64,000 nucleotides of DNA from SAR92 clade bacterium (GTDB lineage: Bacteria; Pseudomonadota; Gammaproteobacteria; Pseudomonadales; Porticoccaceae): positions 317,589 through 381,588 of the forward strand of contig SHBP01000001.1 of NCBI GenBank assembly GCA_004211905.1, given 5' to 3'. The stretch's first letter is position 1; every line of letters starts with the position of its first letter. Positions 7,808 through 18,030 of this stretch are shown here, piece by piece. Below the pieces are notes generated by a model. It was not told the origin of the DNA. It saw only the letters and a program-made list of their open reading frames with translations, and did no database searches. A program made the position numbers and the translations under genes.

Positions 7808-10204
7808 TTATTCACGCAGTAGTAAACGGCTGACCGCATGTTTATCTATTTCACTTTCCTCAAAATGAATATCTCGCCAAGCTTTATCTCTGTAGCGCGC
7901 CGTTTGGTCACTGAAGTTTTCAGCACCTGGAGAGCCAGATTGGCTATAGGACAAAATAGCTTGAGCGCGAGGCCCTGCTTCGGTGAAACTAAGGGTCATT
8001 ATGAAGCTAGAGCCATGAGCAATATTGTAACCACTACTGCTCAATGTTTGACTGTCCACTAAGCGGTCATTTGCTCCTGAAAATATAGGAGAATCAATAT
8101 AAGGTCGGGTAACCTGAAGGTTAGCGATGCCTTCATGTCTATTTCCACCATGCACTGGAAACGTTGTGCCCGCACGATGTGCTTTTTGTAAATTACCTAA
8201 AGGTATGTCCAAGGCAATACCTTGATTATTGAGTAACTCCACAGCCTCTGCCAACTCAACTAATGAGCGCTCATTTTGAACGAGCTCTGCGGGAGTAATT
8301 GCCGGTTTGGCTGCATCAAACTTATCTGCAAATAACTCTCCTGAATACTGTGTTGCTGTGTAATCATAACGAGTAAGCCACTCTCTGAATAACACTGCAC
8401 CTCGACTATTTAGGTCATAACGATTATCCCAACGTGCCAAAATAGAGCACGCGTCGGCTAAATCAATCGAGACTCCATTGATTGTAACTTTTGGAGTATT
8501 TTCACATTGCTCAAGTAATTGAGGTTTAAGCAAATGGGCAGATAACCCTGAATTATCAAAAAGTGCTGCCTGGATCTCCTGCACGGAAAAAAGACCATCC
8601 TCCCCCCGAAAATCAAACCCATCTAGACCCTCAAGTAGGTGTACATTCATTCTAGTTCGAGCACTCCGCGGCGTATTTACAGCACCATATAGCGGAGAAT
8701 AGCCCGTAGTCGGCTGCTTTGGGTCACTCAACCAGTAACTGTCATTGGCGTTAAAAACATAAAACTCACTTTCAATCATTGGCCGCTGCTCAAATGGCGT
8801 TGTGCCAGATATGGGAACATTTGGGTGAGAGATCCATTCATCTCGACGAGTGCTCCCATCAAGAATGACCAAGCCTTTCGTTAAATACAGTTGCTTTAAC
8901 TGAGGTACCTGCTCGACTCGACCATTCCAAGCTTTAATTGCCTCGTCACTCAGGGCGCCCACGTTGCTATTATCCAAGTATACTGCTCGCCCCTCAGCAC
9001 TAGTCGATATTGTGTTTACCCAGGGCATTGCGTTGTACATCTTGTGAGCTCCAATAAACTCATCCATAGACTGGGATTTCCCCATAGCCAACCACTGAGA
9101 AATAACATCAATATTGCCAGTATTAGCATCGCGAGCTGCGTAAGCTGTTTTTTCAGTCCAACCAAGCCCAGGCATCTGAACAATAGGCCCATGGTGGCTA
9201 AACCAAATCGATATGGTCTTTTTTTGCATGCCATCATCAGTTTGAACATTGACGGTTACATCTCTAGACACGAGAGAACGCCACTCCCCTTCATAACGGT
9301 ATTGAGTTGGGTCTTCAGGGTTTAAGGTAAGCTGATAAAGAGTGATGCGCTTAGAATCTGACACCGTGTGTGTCCATCCAATCGCGTTATTAAAACCAAC
9401 AGCAACTCCCGCAGTTCCGACCAAATTTGCACCATACACGTCAAGCTCGCCTGGAATGGTTAAATGCTTTTCCCAAAATCGGTTAGTTCCGTACCAAGGA
9501 TAATGAGGATTCGCCAACAGAGAGCCCTTGCCATTTTCAGTAGATTTGGCCCCAAATGCCCATGCATTGGAACCCATACCTTCAAGTCGAATAGCATTGA
9601 GAGCAGCCACTTGCTGAGACTCAGGAACTTGTAACACAACCTCAATGGAAGGTGGCTGAGCTGCAACAACTGCTCCGGACATGCGTGTGATGGTATAAAC
9701 TGAAGCAACATACTGCGTCATGAATTCTTCTGCAGTGGCCGGGCGAACCCAAGGAGCCTGATCACACCAGGATTCAAACTTTCCATTAGCGTCTTTGAGG
9801 TAGCGGTTGTAGCCTGCCGCATATCCTGCAATCCACTCTTTAACCTTTTCAGGCTGAGCATTTAATGCCTGACGACCCTTGTCCGGCATATTCAAGGCTT
9901 TCATTACTATATCGCTGTGCACATAGTTACTTTTATGTCCTGCACCCAAATACTCCGCACTTTCGCCTTTAGTCGACATTAACGCTAGTGCCATATTACA
10001 TACATGATCTTGCGCTGACGCATAAGCTTCACCATATCCAAGACTACCGTAATCCGCCGCTTTAATATGAGGAATACCAAAGTCCGTGCGTGTTACTTCA
10101 ACCTCGTATCTCAGTGGTTCATTAACAGCTGGCTTGCATGCAACCATAGAAAAATAAATGGTGCCGAGAAAAACGAAGCGAATAATTTTTAAGATCATGA
10201 GCAA
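7808..10204 (-). CDS. Penicillin acylase family Ntn-hydrolase (AHL-acylase/PvdQ-like), possible lipoprotein
   Basis: RTDFGIPHIKA, GYGEAYASAQD, GSNAWAFG (beta-chain Ser1), LLANPHYPW, NANDSYWL; signal ending SMVAC. Confidence 0.9.
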   Translation of the reverse strand: MLMILKIIRFVFLGTIYFSMVACKPAVNEPLRYEVEVTRTDFGIPHIKAADYGSLGYGEAYASAQDHVCNMALALMSTKGESAEYLGAGHKSNYVHSDIVMKALNMPDKGRQALNAQPEKVKEWIAGYAAGYNRYLKDANGKFESWCDQAPWVRPATAEEFMTQYVASVYTITRMSGAVVAAQPPSIEVVLQVPESQQVAALNAIRLEGMGSNAWAFGAKSTENGKGSLLANPHYPWYGTNRFWEKHLTIPGELDVYGANLVGTAGVAVGFNNAIGWTHTVSDSKRITLYQLTLNPEDPTQYRYEGEWRSLVSRDVTVNVQTDDGMQKKTISIWFSHHGPIVQMPGLGWTEKTAYAARDANTGNIDVISQWLAMGKSQSMDEFIGAHKMYNAMPWVNTISTSAEGRAVYLDNSNVGALSDEAIKAWNGRVEQVPQLKQLYLTKGLVILDGSTRRDEWISHPNVPISGTTPFEQRPMIESEFYVFNANDSYWLSDPKQPTTGYSPLYGAVNTPRSARTRMNVHLLEGLDGFDFRGEDGLFSVQEIQAALFDNSGLSAHLLKPQLLEQCENTPKVTINGVSIDLADACSILARWDNRYDLNSRGAVLFREWLTRYDYTATQYSGELFADKFDAAKPAITPAELVQNERSLVELAEAVELLNNQGIALDIPLGNLQKAHRAGTTFPVHGGNRHEGIANLQVTRPYIDSPIFSGANDRLVDSQTLSSSGYNIAHGSSFIMTLSFTEAGPRAQAILSYSQSGSPGAENFSDQTARYRDKAWRDIHFEESEIDKHAVSRLLLRE

Positions 10205-10374
10205 AGCCCTTTGTATGAGTATTTACCACGCGAAGAACACGAGTTGATAGATAGTTTTATTTTGCAGATGTTACACAAGATAACTTCTATTCGATAATAT
10301 ATAAATCACTTTACCATAACTACACATCGAACGTTAAATTTACATGTGCGCACTTAGTGAGCTAAAATTCTCTC

Positions 10375-10827
10375 ATGAACCTACTGAATAATGAGAACCT
10401 CAAGTGGAGGCGGTACACCGAAGGGGACGCTTTTGACTACCCCATAGATTACTCTGACGCCGTCCTTGATGTGCGAGAAGACGGACGCTTGGAAATATTG
10501 GTTAAATGGGAACCAAATTGTTATTGTCATTTTCATAGGCATACCGCTGAGACCAGCTCTCTTGTTCTAGAAGGTGAGCTTCTTGTTACAGATATCGATA
10601 TTGAGACAGGCAAAGAGATTGGTCAGCGAGTAAGAGTTGCCGGAGATTTTGTACATAAACAGCCAGGCGATGTACATATGGAACAAGGAGGTGCCAACGG
10701 AGCTCTTGTTCTCTTTAATATTTATGCTCCTTCGGAAGAAGGTAAACTAGTGGAATCATTGAAGAAAGATGGAAGCGTGATAAGCTCCTCAACCATAGAA
10801 AAGATTCTTAGAAAACGTACCCAATAA
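10375..10827 (+). CDS. Cupin-fold protein
   Basis: HFHRHTAET..LVLEGEL and GD.H.E cupin motifs. Confidence 0.7.
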   Translation: MNLLNNENLKWRRYTEGDAFDYPIDYSDAVLDVREDGRLEILVKWEPNCYCHFHRHTAETSSLVLEGELLVTDIDIETGKEIGQRVRVAGDFVHKQPGDVHMEQGGANGALVLFNIYAPSEEGKLVESLKKDGSVISSSTIEKILRKRTQ

Positions 10828-11029
10828 TATTTTTCAATATTATATTCAACTTACTACCACTCATTTGTTGTGAACGCTTTGTTTGTAAAAAAATTCTTAT
10901 CAAAATAATAACAACGAACTTTTAGGTTTCTTAGAGCAACACTCAATCCAGGTTTTTGGCAAGGGTGCGCAGAAATTCGATGGTCTCTTTGATTGACCGC
11001 ACCGGTGTTTTGCAGGCAGACACGGCGGA

Positions 11030-13042
11030 CTATTCCGCCGCGTCCTCCTTCAGATAGCGATCGAACCAATCGATAGTACGCTGCAAGGCGTCAATCTGGT
11101 TTTCTCGCTTTTGCCAACCGTGTCCTTCCTCGACGTAGATCTTAGAGTCGACCCTCTTGCCGGCCTTTTGCAAATACTCGACCACTTGCTCGGCCTCATA
11201 GGCGGGGACGCGAAGGTCGTTCTGACCGTGCAGCACAAGCAGCGGGGCCTTCACCTGGTCAAGATAAGTCAGCGGGCTGGTTCGATCATAGACTTCGGGA
11301 TGTGTCTCAGGCGATCCCAGCAGCCCGCGCTGATATTCGCGTAGGGCCGGCGAGCCTCGTTCCCACATGCTGCGCCAGTTGACGATGCCGTATAGCTCGA
11401 CCGATGCTGCCCAGAAATCGGGCATACGTCCAACTGCGATAAGGCTCATGTAGCCGCCATAGGACCCACCGGTTATACCGACCTTCTTCAGGTCACCATA
11501 ACCCGACGCGGCAACAAATTTTGCAGCCCATGCCTCGTCTTCCAGGTCGCGTCCGCCCAGATCGTAGCGGTTGGCCTCCATGAAGGCACGGCCATATCCG
11601 GTCGATCCGCGAACATTTGGGGCGATCACGATGTAGCCACGTGACGCGAGCGCCACTGCCGTCGCATCGAATGTATCGAAGGTCTGGCCGGTCGGTCCGC
11701 CGTGAGCGATGACAACGATTGGGGTGCTAGCATCCCGCTTGAGATTATAGGGCATCCACAGGATCGCGCTGATAACGGTACCGTCGGCGCTCTTGTAGCT
11801 GACGGTCTGGCTCGTCGGCAGATTGACCTCGTTCACGCTAGCAAGGCCAAGCCGGGTTATCCGACGGTTCACTCCGGTTGCGAGTTCGTGTGTCCAGTAA
11901 TCGAATGGGACGCTGGCCGAGGAATGCGGGAAAAGGATGTATTTCCCGTCAGGTGAGAACTGCGGTAAGTCGAACCAGGACGAAGCGGTCGTGCCTTTGG
12001 GAAGTTTTAGCGCGCGCGCCTTTCCCGCTTCGATGTCGTAGGCCAGCATTTCAATACTGCCATCGACATTGTTGATCACCAGCGCGGTCTTGCCGTCAGG
12101 CGAAATCCGACCGGCCTCTTGCGGCCATTGGCTTGGCACCATGAGACGGCGCTCGCCGGTCTTCAGATCGACAAGCACTGCCTGATTCACGCCATCAGGC
12201 GCCTCACTTGTCACCGACAAGAATCGATTGTCACTCGAAAATCCGACTGCCACGTCCAACTTGCCCTCGCCAGTCGCAATCATGCTTTTCTCGCCGGTCG
12301 CCACGTCGATCATCCAGATCGCGCCCGTCAGGATATCACCGCGATTAGCAATCAGCTTTGTACCGTCAGCGTTAAAACCGACCGGTGACCAGTAGATACC
12401 GGGGTCTTTGTCGCGGGTAAGTTGCCGGACCTCGCGGGTTGCAAGATCCAGCAGCGCGAGGTCGAAAGTGGGTGAAGCGGCTTCGCGGCGCACGAATGCG
12501 AGCACTTTGCTGTCAGGTGAAAAAACATACCTACCGGTTTCGGAAACGTCATCGGTCGATGTCAGATTGACCGCCTCACCACCACTGCCCGGCATCGCAA
12601 AGATGTCAAAAAGCTCGTTGCCACCGACATCGGATGCGTAAAGGATTGTCTTCCCGTCAGGCGATACCGTCGGAAAAAACGCTCTGTTTTCCGACTGATG
12701 CAGCTGCTGCGGAAACCCGCCTGCATGCGGGAACCGCCACAAATTCATCCGCCCCGTCAGATCGGACGAAAACACAACGTCATTCCCGTCCGGCGTCCAG
12801 GTAGCAAACCAGCTGGTTCGCAAAGAGAGCACATCCTCGACCGAAATCGGTTTGGTATCTGGGTTGGGGACCGAGTCAAGGCTGCCAGGATCGGTCAGTT
12901 CCCGCTCGGGGACTCCCGTCAATACCGCAACGCCCGGCCGGTTCGGATCAAGCGGGGCCTCCTGTGCGAGAAGCGGAGAGCAGAGAAAGCCCAGGGCCGC
13001 GATGGTCGCGACGAGATGCCGAAAAAAAGCTACGTTAAACAT
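11030..13042 (-). CDS. S9-family peptidase (beta-propeller plus alpha/beta hydrolase), secreted
   Basis: Signal peptide, PD40-like repeats, HGGP, PNVRGSTGYG, GGSYGG, HGQND, EGHG; GC-rich. Confidence 0.9.
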   Translation of the reverse strand: MFNVAFFRHLVATIAALGFLCSPLLAQEAPLDPNRPGVAVLTGVPERELTDPGSLDSVPNPDTKPISVEDVLSLRTSWFATWTPDGNDVVFSSDLTGRMNLWRFPHAGGFPQQLHQSENRAFFPTVSPDGKTILYASDVGGNELFDIFAMPGSGGEAVNLTSTDDVSETGRYVFSPDSKVLAFVRREAASPTFDLALLDLATREVRQLTRDKDPGIYWSPVGFNADGTKLIANRGDILTGAIWMIDVATGEKSMIATGEGKLDVAVGFSSDNRFLSVTSEAPDGVNQAVLVDLKTGERRLMVPSQWPQEAGRISPDGKTALVINNVDGSIEMLAYDIEAGKARALKLPKGTTASSWFDLPQFSPDGKYILFPHSSASVPFDYWTHELATGVNRRITRLGLASVNEVNLPTSQTVSYKSADGTVISAILWMPYNLKRDASTPIVVIAHGGPTGQTFDTFDATAVALASRGYIVIAPNVRGSTGYGRAFMEANRYDLGGRDLEDEAWAAKFVAASGYGDLKKVGITGGSYGGYMSLIAVGRMPDFWAASVELYGIVNWRSMWERGSPALREYQRGLLGSPETHPEVYDRTSPLTYLDQVKAPLLVLHGQNDLRVPAYEAEQVVEYLQKAGKRVDSKIYVEEGHGWQKRENQIDALQRTIDWFDRYLKEDAAE

Positions 13043-13094
13043 TTTCTAACCTTTCTTTATTACCTCGAAATCTGCCTACCAGATCGCCCACCAG

Positions 13095-15293
13095 CTAATT
13101 CGCAGGTGTGCGGGGATCGAACCCGTCCATCAGCTTCTGGAGGAGGTAGACGGTCTGGAGCGCCGAATTGAAGGCTCGGCCCTCGTCATTTACCGCCATG
13201 CCGTGCCCCCCTTCGCGCGCCTCGTAGAACAGCGCCGGGTGCCCTTGGGCCATAAGCCGTGCGGCCATCTTGCGCGCATGACCAGGATGGACGCGGTCAT
13301 CGCGCGTGGACGTCATCAGCAGCATTTCCGGATAGTCACCGTCGGGCTCGATATTCTGGTACGGCGAATAGCGCAGCAGCGGCTCGGCCTCGGTGGGTAT
13401 CTCGGGATTACCGTACTCCGGCATCCAGCTCGCGCCGGCCAGCAGCTTGTGGAACCGCGCCATGTCTAGCAGCGGGACAAGCGAGATCGAAGCGCCGAAG
13501 AGATCCGGTCGCTGGGTCGCGAGTACGCCCGCGGTCAACCCTCCGTTCGAGCCACCGACGAATCCGATCCGTCCCGCCCGCGACAGGCCGCGCGCAATCA
13601 GATCCTCGGCCACCGCAGCGAAGTCGTCATAGGCGATCTGGCGCGTGGCACCACGCGCGGCGTTGTGCCAGGCCGGGCCGTATTCGCCTCCGCCGCGGAC
13701 GTTTGGAAGGACGAAGCGCCCGCCGCGTTCGAGCCAGATCTGATGCATAGGCCCGATGTATGGGACTTCGAAGCTGGGTAGCATGGGAATGCCGAACGCG
13801 CCATACCCGTACATCAGCGTTGGAGCGGCAGCATCCCACCCGCCTTTTTTGCCGACAACGAAATAGGGAACACGGGCCCCATCCTGAGTTTCGACGAAGA
13901 ACTGCTTGGTTTCGAAACCCTCAAGGTCAACCGCAGCCTCGGCCTCCTGCACCTTGGCGAGTTTACCCGCCTGAGAGAGCGCGAACATCGTCGGTACCGT
14001 GGTGAAATTCTCGAATTTGAGGAGCGCGCTGTCTTCCGAGGGATCCATGCTTGTCAGCAGCGTCAGCGTGCCGCCCTGCCGACCAGCGGGAACATTCACG
14101 TTATCGACCTGCCATTGACCATCCGCACCGCGCCGTGCGCGTTTCAGCGTCGAAACGACATTGTCCAACACGACGAGGTATGCACTGGTATCGAGGATCG
14201 CCGGTGGGCTAGCAAGCGGAAGCGCTTCGCTCGCATCGGGCGTGAAAACCGTGCGATAGGTGTCCCCATCCACATCACCCGCGAGGATCCTGGGAAGGTT
14301 TGCCGCGATGATGGAGCCTGCACTGAACACTTTGCCGCCAACATCGAAATCCGTGTCCAGCCGTAACAGCAGTTCATTGCCGATTCCGGTCAGACCCATA
14401 AAGGACGCCATGAGTTCCACCGGAAGGGGTAGGGTCTCGGGCGGCTGGCCGGACGCGACGCGCAGAACGGTCAGATCCGTAAAGCTTCGGGCTGCCAATA
14501 CCAGAAGCTCGCGTTGCGTATTGGTCTGAGCCAGGAAGGGCGCGAGTAGGAGATGATCGGAGGGAATGCTGTGCAGCACTTCCGCCTCGGAGACCCCGGT
14601 GCCGCGATGCCATTGTCGCAGAATGCGCGGATAGCCCGAAGTCGTTGCCTCGTCGGGTTCGAGCACGATGGAGATGGCCAGCGTATTCTCATCAACCCAG
14701 GCGATCATCTGTCGGGCAAGCGGTGTCCGGAACCCGTCCGGAACAAATTTCTTGGCCGCAAGATCGAATTCGCGCACGCTCACGGCATCGCTTCCGCCAT
14801 CGGACAACGGAATGAGCGCTTTCGCGCCGTCAGGCGAAAACCGGATCATCGGCGCATTTACATACCAGTTATGGCCTTCGGCTTCCGCCAATGCGTCGAT
14901 GTCGACAAGTGTCTCCCAGGCGGCCTCCCCAGCACCGAACGACGCCGTTCGGTTGCGCTGGAGGAGGCCTCTTGGATGGTCGGGCTCCTGAGCGATCCGA
15001 TAGACGAAGCCACTTGCCTGCGTAAGCATGTGCATCTTGGGAAGGCGGCCTTCGCTCTGATAGCTCGCCAAATATTCGGCCTTGAGCTGGTCGAAACGCG
15101 GGTCCGCCGCCAGTCGGGCAGCCGTGCGTTCGGACTGTTCTTCGGTCCAGCCAAGCGCACGATCCCCTTCGATCTCTTCCAGCCACAGATACGGATCTGC
15201 GGCATCAGATGCTAGGACAGAAAACGAATAGGTAATGCCTATTATCACACTTGCTCGGATTTTATTTCGAATAGTCAGAATATTTGGCATCAC
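13095..15293 (-). CDS. Prolyl oligopeptidase (S9A), secreted
   Basis: DPYLWLEE, NVRGGGEYGPAWH, GGSNGGL, EYGNP, DDRVHPGHARK, GGHG; GC-rich except the first ~30 codons. Confidence 0.9.
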   Translation of the reverse strand: MMPNILTIRNKIRASVIIGITYSFSVLASDAADPYLWLEEIEGDRALGWTEEQSERTAARLAADPRFDQLKAEYLASYQSEGRLPKMHMLTQASGFVYRIAQEPDHPRGLLQRNRTASFGAGEAAWETLVDIDALAEAEGHNWYVNAPMIRFSPDGAKALIPLSDGGSDAVSVREFDLAAKKFVPDGFRTPLARQMIAWVDENTLAISIVLEPDEATTSGYPRILRQWHRGTGVSEAEVLHSIPSDHLLLAPFLAQTNTQRELLVLAARSFTDLTVLRVASGQPPETLPLPVELMASFMGLTGIGNELLLRLDTDFDVGGKVFSAGSIIAANLPRILAGDVDGDTYRTVFTPDASEALPLASPPAILDTSAYLVVLDNVVSTLKRARRGADGQWQVDNVNVPAGRQGGTLTLLTSMDPSEDSALLKFENFTTVPTMFALSQAGKLAKVQEAEAAVDLEGFETKQFFVETQDGARVPYFVVGKKGGWDAAAPTLMYGYGAFGIPMLPSFEVPYIGPMHQIWLERGGRFVLPNVRGGGEYGPAWHNAARGATRQIAYDDFAAVAEDLIARGLSRAGRIGFVGGSNGGLTAGVLATQRPDLFGASISLVPLLDMARFHKLLAGASWMPEYGNPEIPTEAEPLLRYSPYQNIEPDGDYPEMLLMTSTRDDRVHPGHARKMAARLMAQGHPALFYEAREGGHGMAVNDEGRAFNSALQTVYLLQKLMDGFDPRTPAN

Positions 15294-15337
15294 AGTTTCC
15301 CTCGATCTGAAAACTTGAAAATCTTTAAGAGCTATAA

Positions 15338-15373
15338 AGATGCTCCATCACAGCAAATCGCAATGGAGCATCT
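15338..15373 (-). terminator. Probable intrinsic terminator of the TonB receptor gene
   Basis: Perfect 11-bp stem AGATGCTCCAT/ATGGAGCATCT, 18 nt after the receptor stop, followed by a short T-rich tail on the minus strand. Confidence 0.55.
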
Positions 15374-15391
15374 GTTTAGGTTTTGGGTGGA

Positions 15392-17842
15392 TTAGTACGT
15401 CAGTTTCAGATTCAGGCCTATTGTGCGAGGCCGCAGAAAGGTTTGCTCACCTGGATTGCCTGAAGTAATAGCACCGTCATCATTCAGCAGGTTATCTCCA
15501 AATAGGAAAAGGCCCCAATGCTCACCTTCAACACCAATGCGAGCATCAACCTGAGTGAGGTTATCAGCAGGGAGGAATGTGGGAAATGCCGGGTTACTCT
15601 GAGCGGTACGATATTGCGCGCCTAAACGGGCAAAACCGTTCCAACCGTTGTTCAAGCCCCAACGATACTGGGCAGAGGCACTGAAGCTGCGATCAGATGT
15701 ACCTTCCACCTCATCACCGCCCATTATCGGGGTACCAGGGATATCGTCGGTTACGGTTGCATCCAGGAAGTTACCACCGGCTTGCAAAGTAAGTCCGTCA
15801 AACGGCGCATAACGAACATGGAATTCAATACCCCATGTTTCGGTGCCTTCTGAATTAGCGAGGCCATTAAACGGGGTACCTGGAAGCGTCGCTCGAACTA
15901 CACGGTCTTTCCAGTCAAGGAAGTAAACAGCACCTTCAACTTCCATTTGCCCACCCAGCAGAGTACCTTTGGCACCAATTTCATAGCTCAACAGTGAGTC
16001 CTCACTCAAACTTGAAGGTAATTCAATACCTAAGGAGCCTGCTATAGCAATCGATGCCGCTGGCTGCAATTGACCACTGCGAAACCCTTTCGCGACAGTC
16101 GCGAAGATCATCCAGTCATCATTAGGACTGTAGCTTAAATTAACACGCGGATTAACGCTGCTGTATTCCTCATCTAGCTCAGTATTTGGAACACCCGCCA
16201 CGCCACTGGCAGAAACAGCCTGCAATTCATTTTCAAAGTAGCGAACACCCATTGATAAATCTAACTGATCAGTAAACGACCAGGTACCATCCGCAAAAGC
16301 TGCATGTGCTTCTGACTCCGTTCTATCATCGGCATTGATGCCAAACAGAGGAAAACTTACAAGGTCTTGGCGTTCGGAAGTGCGGCGGTAAAGACCAGCG
16401 GTCCATTGTAAGGAGCCTTCGTTATCACTGCTAAAGCGCAATTCATGGGTATCAATTTGAATATCAATTGTTCCATCAAACTGTCCTCCGAATAGCAAGC
16501 CCGTCTGACTCAGCAGAAAATCATTGGTACCGTACGCATAAAGTAATGTACCAACTCCATCAATACCGTAACTTCCTGTAAACGAATATTGATCGTAGGC
16601 AGCTCCAGGAATCAACCCGTCAGTTGTCGTAACCGCATCAAGGCCCGCGGATGGAGCATTATTATCGAGATCATAACTCCAACCGGAGATAATCAGATCT
16701 AAATTATCGCTGGGGGTAATACGCAATTTTCCACGGTAACTGCTAATTTCAGAGTCATTAACGTCTTTTTCTCCAGTGTTCACATTATCAAGCCAGCCAC
16801 CCAAATCCTCATCAACAGCAGTTAAGCGCAGAGCAATCACGTCCTCAACAATAGGGGCATTAATCATGGCCTTGATGCCTTTGTCGTCATCACCGTCCTG
16901 AACGGACGAGGCGGTGAAGTCGGAGGCGGCCTGAAATTCGCTCATGTCCGGGTCTCTGGTCAGCACGCGAATGGTGCCGCCCATTGAGCCTTCGCCATAG
17001 AGCGTGCCTTGCGGTCCACGCAGTACTTCCACACGCTCAATATCCCAGGCACGCACATCTGGGTTCAGGGGCACCGTGACACCTGTAAAGGGTAATTCAT
17101 CCAAATAGAAACCGTTGGCGTTACCGCCCAAGTCAGTAGAAACACCCCGAATTGATATTTGTGAAACACCAGCGCGAAAATCATTCATATTGACACCGGG
17201 AGCAGTTTCAAGAAAATCACTTAAACTTGCTGCACCAATATCGTCCAAATAATCACCCTGAAAAGCAGAGATGGCAACTGGCACATCCAGGATATTCTGC
17301 GCACGCTTCTGTGCGGTAACGACCACTTCTTCAAGGTAGGTTCCTGACTTACCTTTCTCTTCAACTTGACTATTGTTTGCAGATACCGAGCCAACTGCTC
17401 CAGTTGCACTAAAAATGCTGATTAAGGTCGCCAAAAAACCTTTCTTGAATTTTTTCATATCTTTTCCCCCCTGGTTATTTGAAGAGCGGATCGCCAACGC
17501 ACCATCGGTTTGCAGCTCTGGCTGGAGGCCGGTATTTACTAGCAGAATGCTTAAAGCCTCTCTGCGAATGTACCTTCCTTCCAGCTTGCCGGCCGTTAAC
17601 CCTTGAGCTTCATCAAATGAAAAGATGAAGGTCATATCAGCTTGCTCGGCAAACTCGATCAGCGCTTGATCCGCTCGTTGTTGAGGGATGTTGAAGAGAA
17701 TTTTCTCGGATGAATCTAGACTACTGGCAGCAACCGGCCGTGGTATTAACAAAATTGTCACTACCAGAACGGCAAGCAGCAGACAGTAAAAGACTCTCGA
17801 ACCCCATCCCTCAGTAACCGGCTTGAAAAATAATGATTTCAT
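15392..17842 (-). CDS. TonB-dependent receptor with N-terminal STN signalling domain
   Basis: STN (FNIPQQRADQALIEFAEQAD...), LEEVVVTAQKR TonB box, VEVLRGPQGTLYG plug, C-terminal RPRTIGLNLKLTY. Start is uncertain (17842 or 17926); second in-frame start at 17458. Confidence 0.9.
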   Translation of the reverse strand: MKSLFFKPVTEGWGSRVFYCLLLAVLVVTILLIPRPVAASSLDSSEKILFNIPQQRADQALIEFAEQADMTFIFSFDEAQGLTAGKLEGRYIRREALSILLVNTGLQPELQTDGALAIRSSNNQGGKDMKKFKKGFLATLISIFSATGAVGSVSANNSQVEEKGKSGTYLEEVVVTAQKRAQNILDVPVAISAFQGDYLDDIGAASLSDFLETAPGVNMNDFRAGVSQISIRGVSTDLGGNANGFYLDELPFTGVTVPLNPDVRAWDIERVEVLRGPQGTLYGEGSMGGTIRVLTRDPDMSEFQAASDFTASSVQDGDDDKGIKAMINAPIVEDVIALRLTAVDEDLGGWLDNVNTGEKDVNDSEISSYRGKLRITPSDNLDLIISGWSYDLDNNAPSAGLDAVTTTDGLIPGAAYDQYSFTGSYGIDGVGTLLYAYGTNDFLLSQTGLLFGGQFDGTIDIQIDTHELRFSSDNEGSLQWTAGLYRRTSERQDLVSFPLFGINADDRTESEAHAAFADGTWSFTDQLDLSMGVRYFENELQAVSASGVAGVPNTELDEEYSSVNPRVNLSYSPNDDWMIFATVAKGFRSGQLQPAASIAIAGSLGIELPSSLSEDSLLSYEIGAKGTLLGGQMEVEGAVYFLDWKDRVVRATLPGTPFNGLANSEGTETWGIEFHVRYAPFDGLTLQAGGNFLDATVTDDIPGTPIMGGDEVEGTSDRSFSASAQYRWGLNNGWNGFARLGAQYRTAQSNPAFPTFLPADNLTQVDARIGVEGEHWGLFLFGDNLLNDDGAITSGNPGEQTFLRPRTIGLNLKLTY

Positions 17843-17982
17843 TCCGGTTACCAATGAAGACGACTCAAGAGTTTTTTTCCGCCAACTAATTTGCATTTTA
17901 TTTTTAATAGGGCGGCTTGTGATCAAACAGTCTCCTATTCACTTTGTATCCCAGAGTTTGGAATACACCTATTATCTTACAA

Positions 17983-18010
17983 TGTCATTCCCACCTACGC
18001 GGGAATGACA
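17983..18010. repeat. Palindromic ATTCCC-N8-GGGAAT (REP/dRS3-like) element
   Basis: TGTCATTCCC-ACCTACGC-GGGAATGACA, a perfect 10-bp stem between fecR-like gene and receptor. Confidence 0.6.
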
Positions 18011-18030
18011 GGCATGAAAGTCTGACACTA

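Noticed and set aside
10851-10867. TTACTACCACTCATTTG, a possible degenerate fourth core near the GC shift
   Set aside because: 13/17 match (GAGTGGTA on the minus strand), but no ATAAA-centred palindrome at +37 and no arm; compatible with chance in AT-rich DNA.
11050-15215. Many overlapping ORFs of 60-220 aa on both strands
   Set aside because: Shadow frames of GC-rich peptidase genes; no recognisable motifs.
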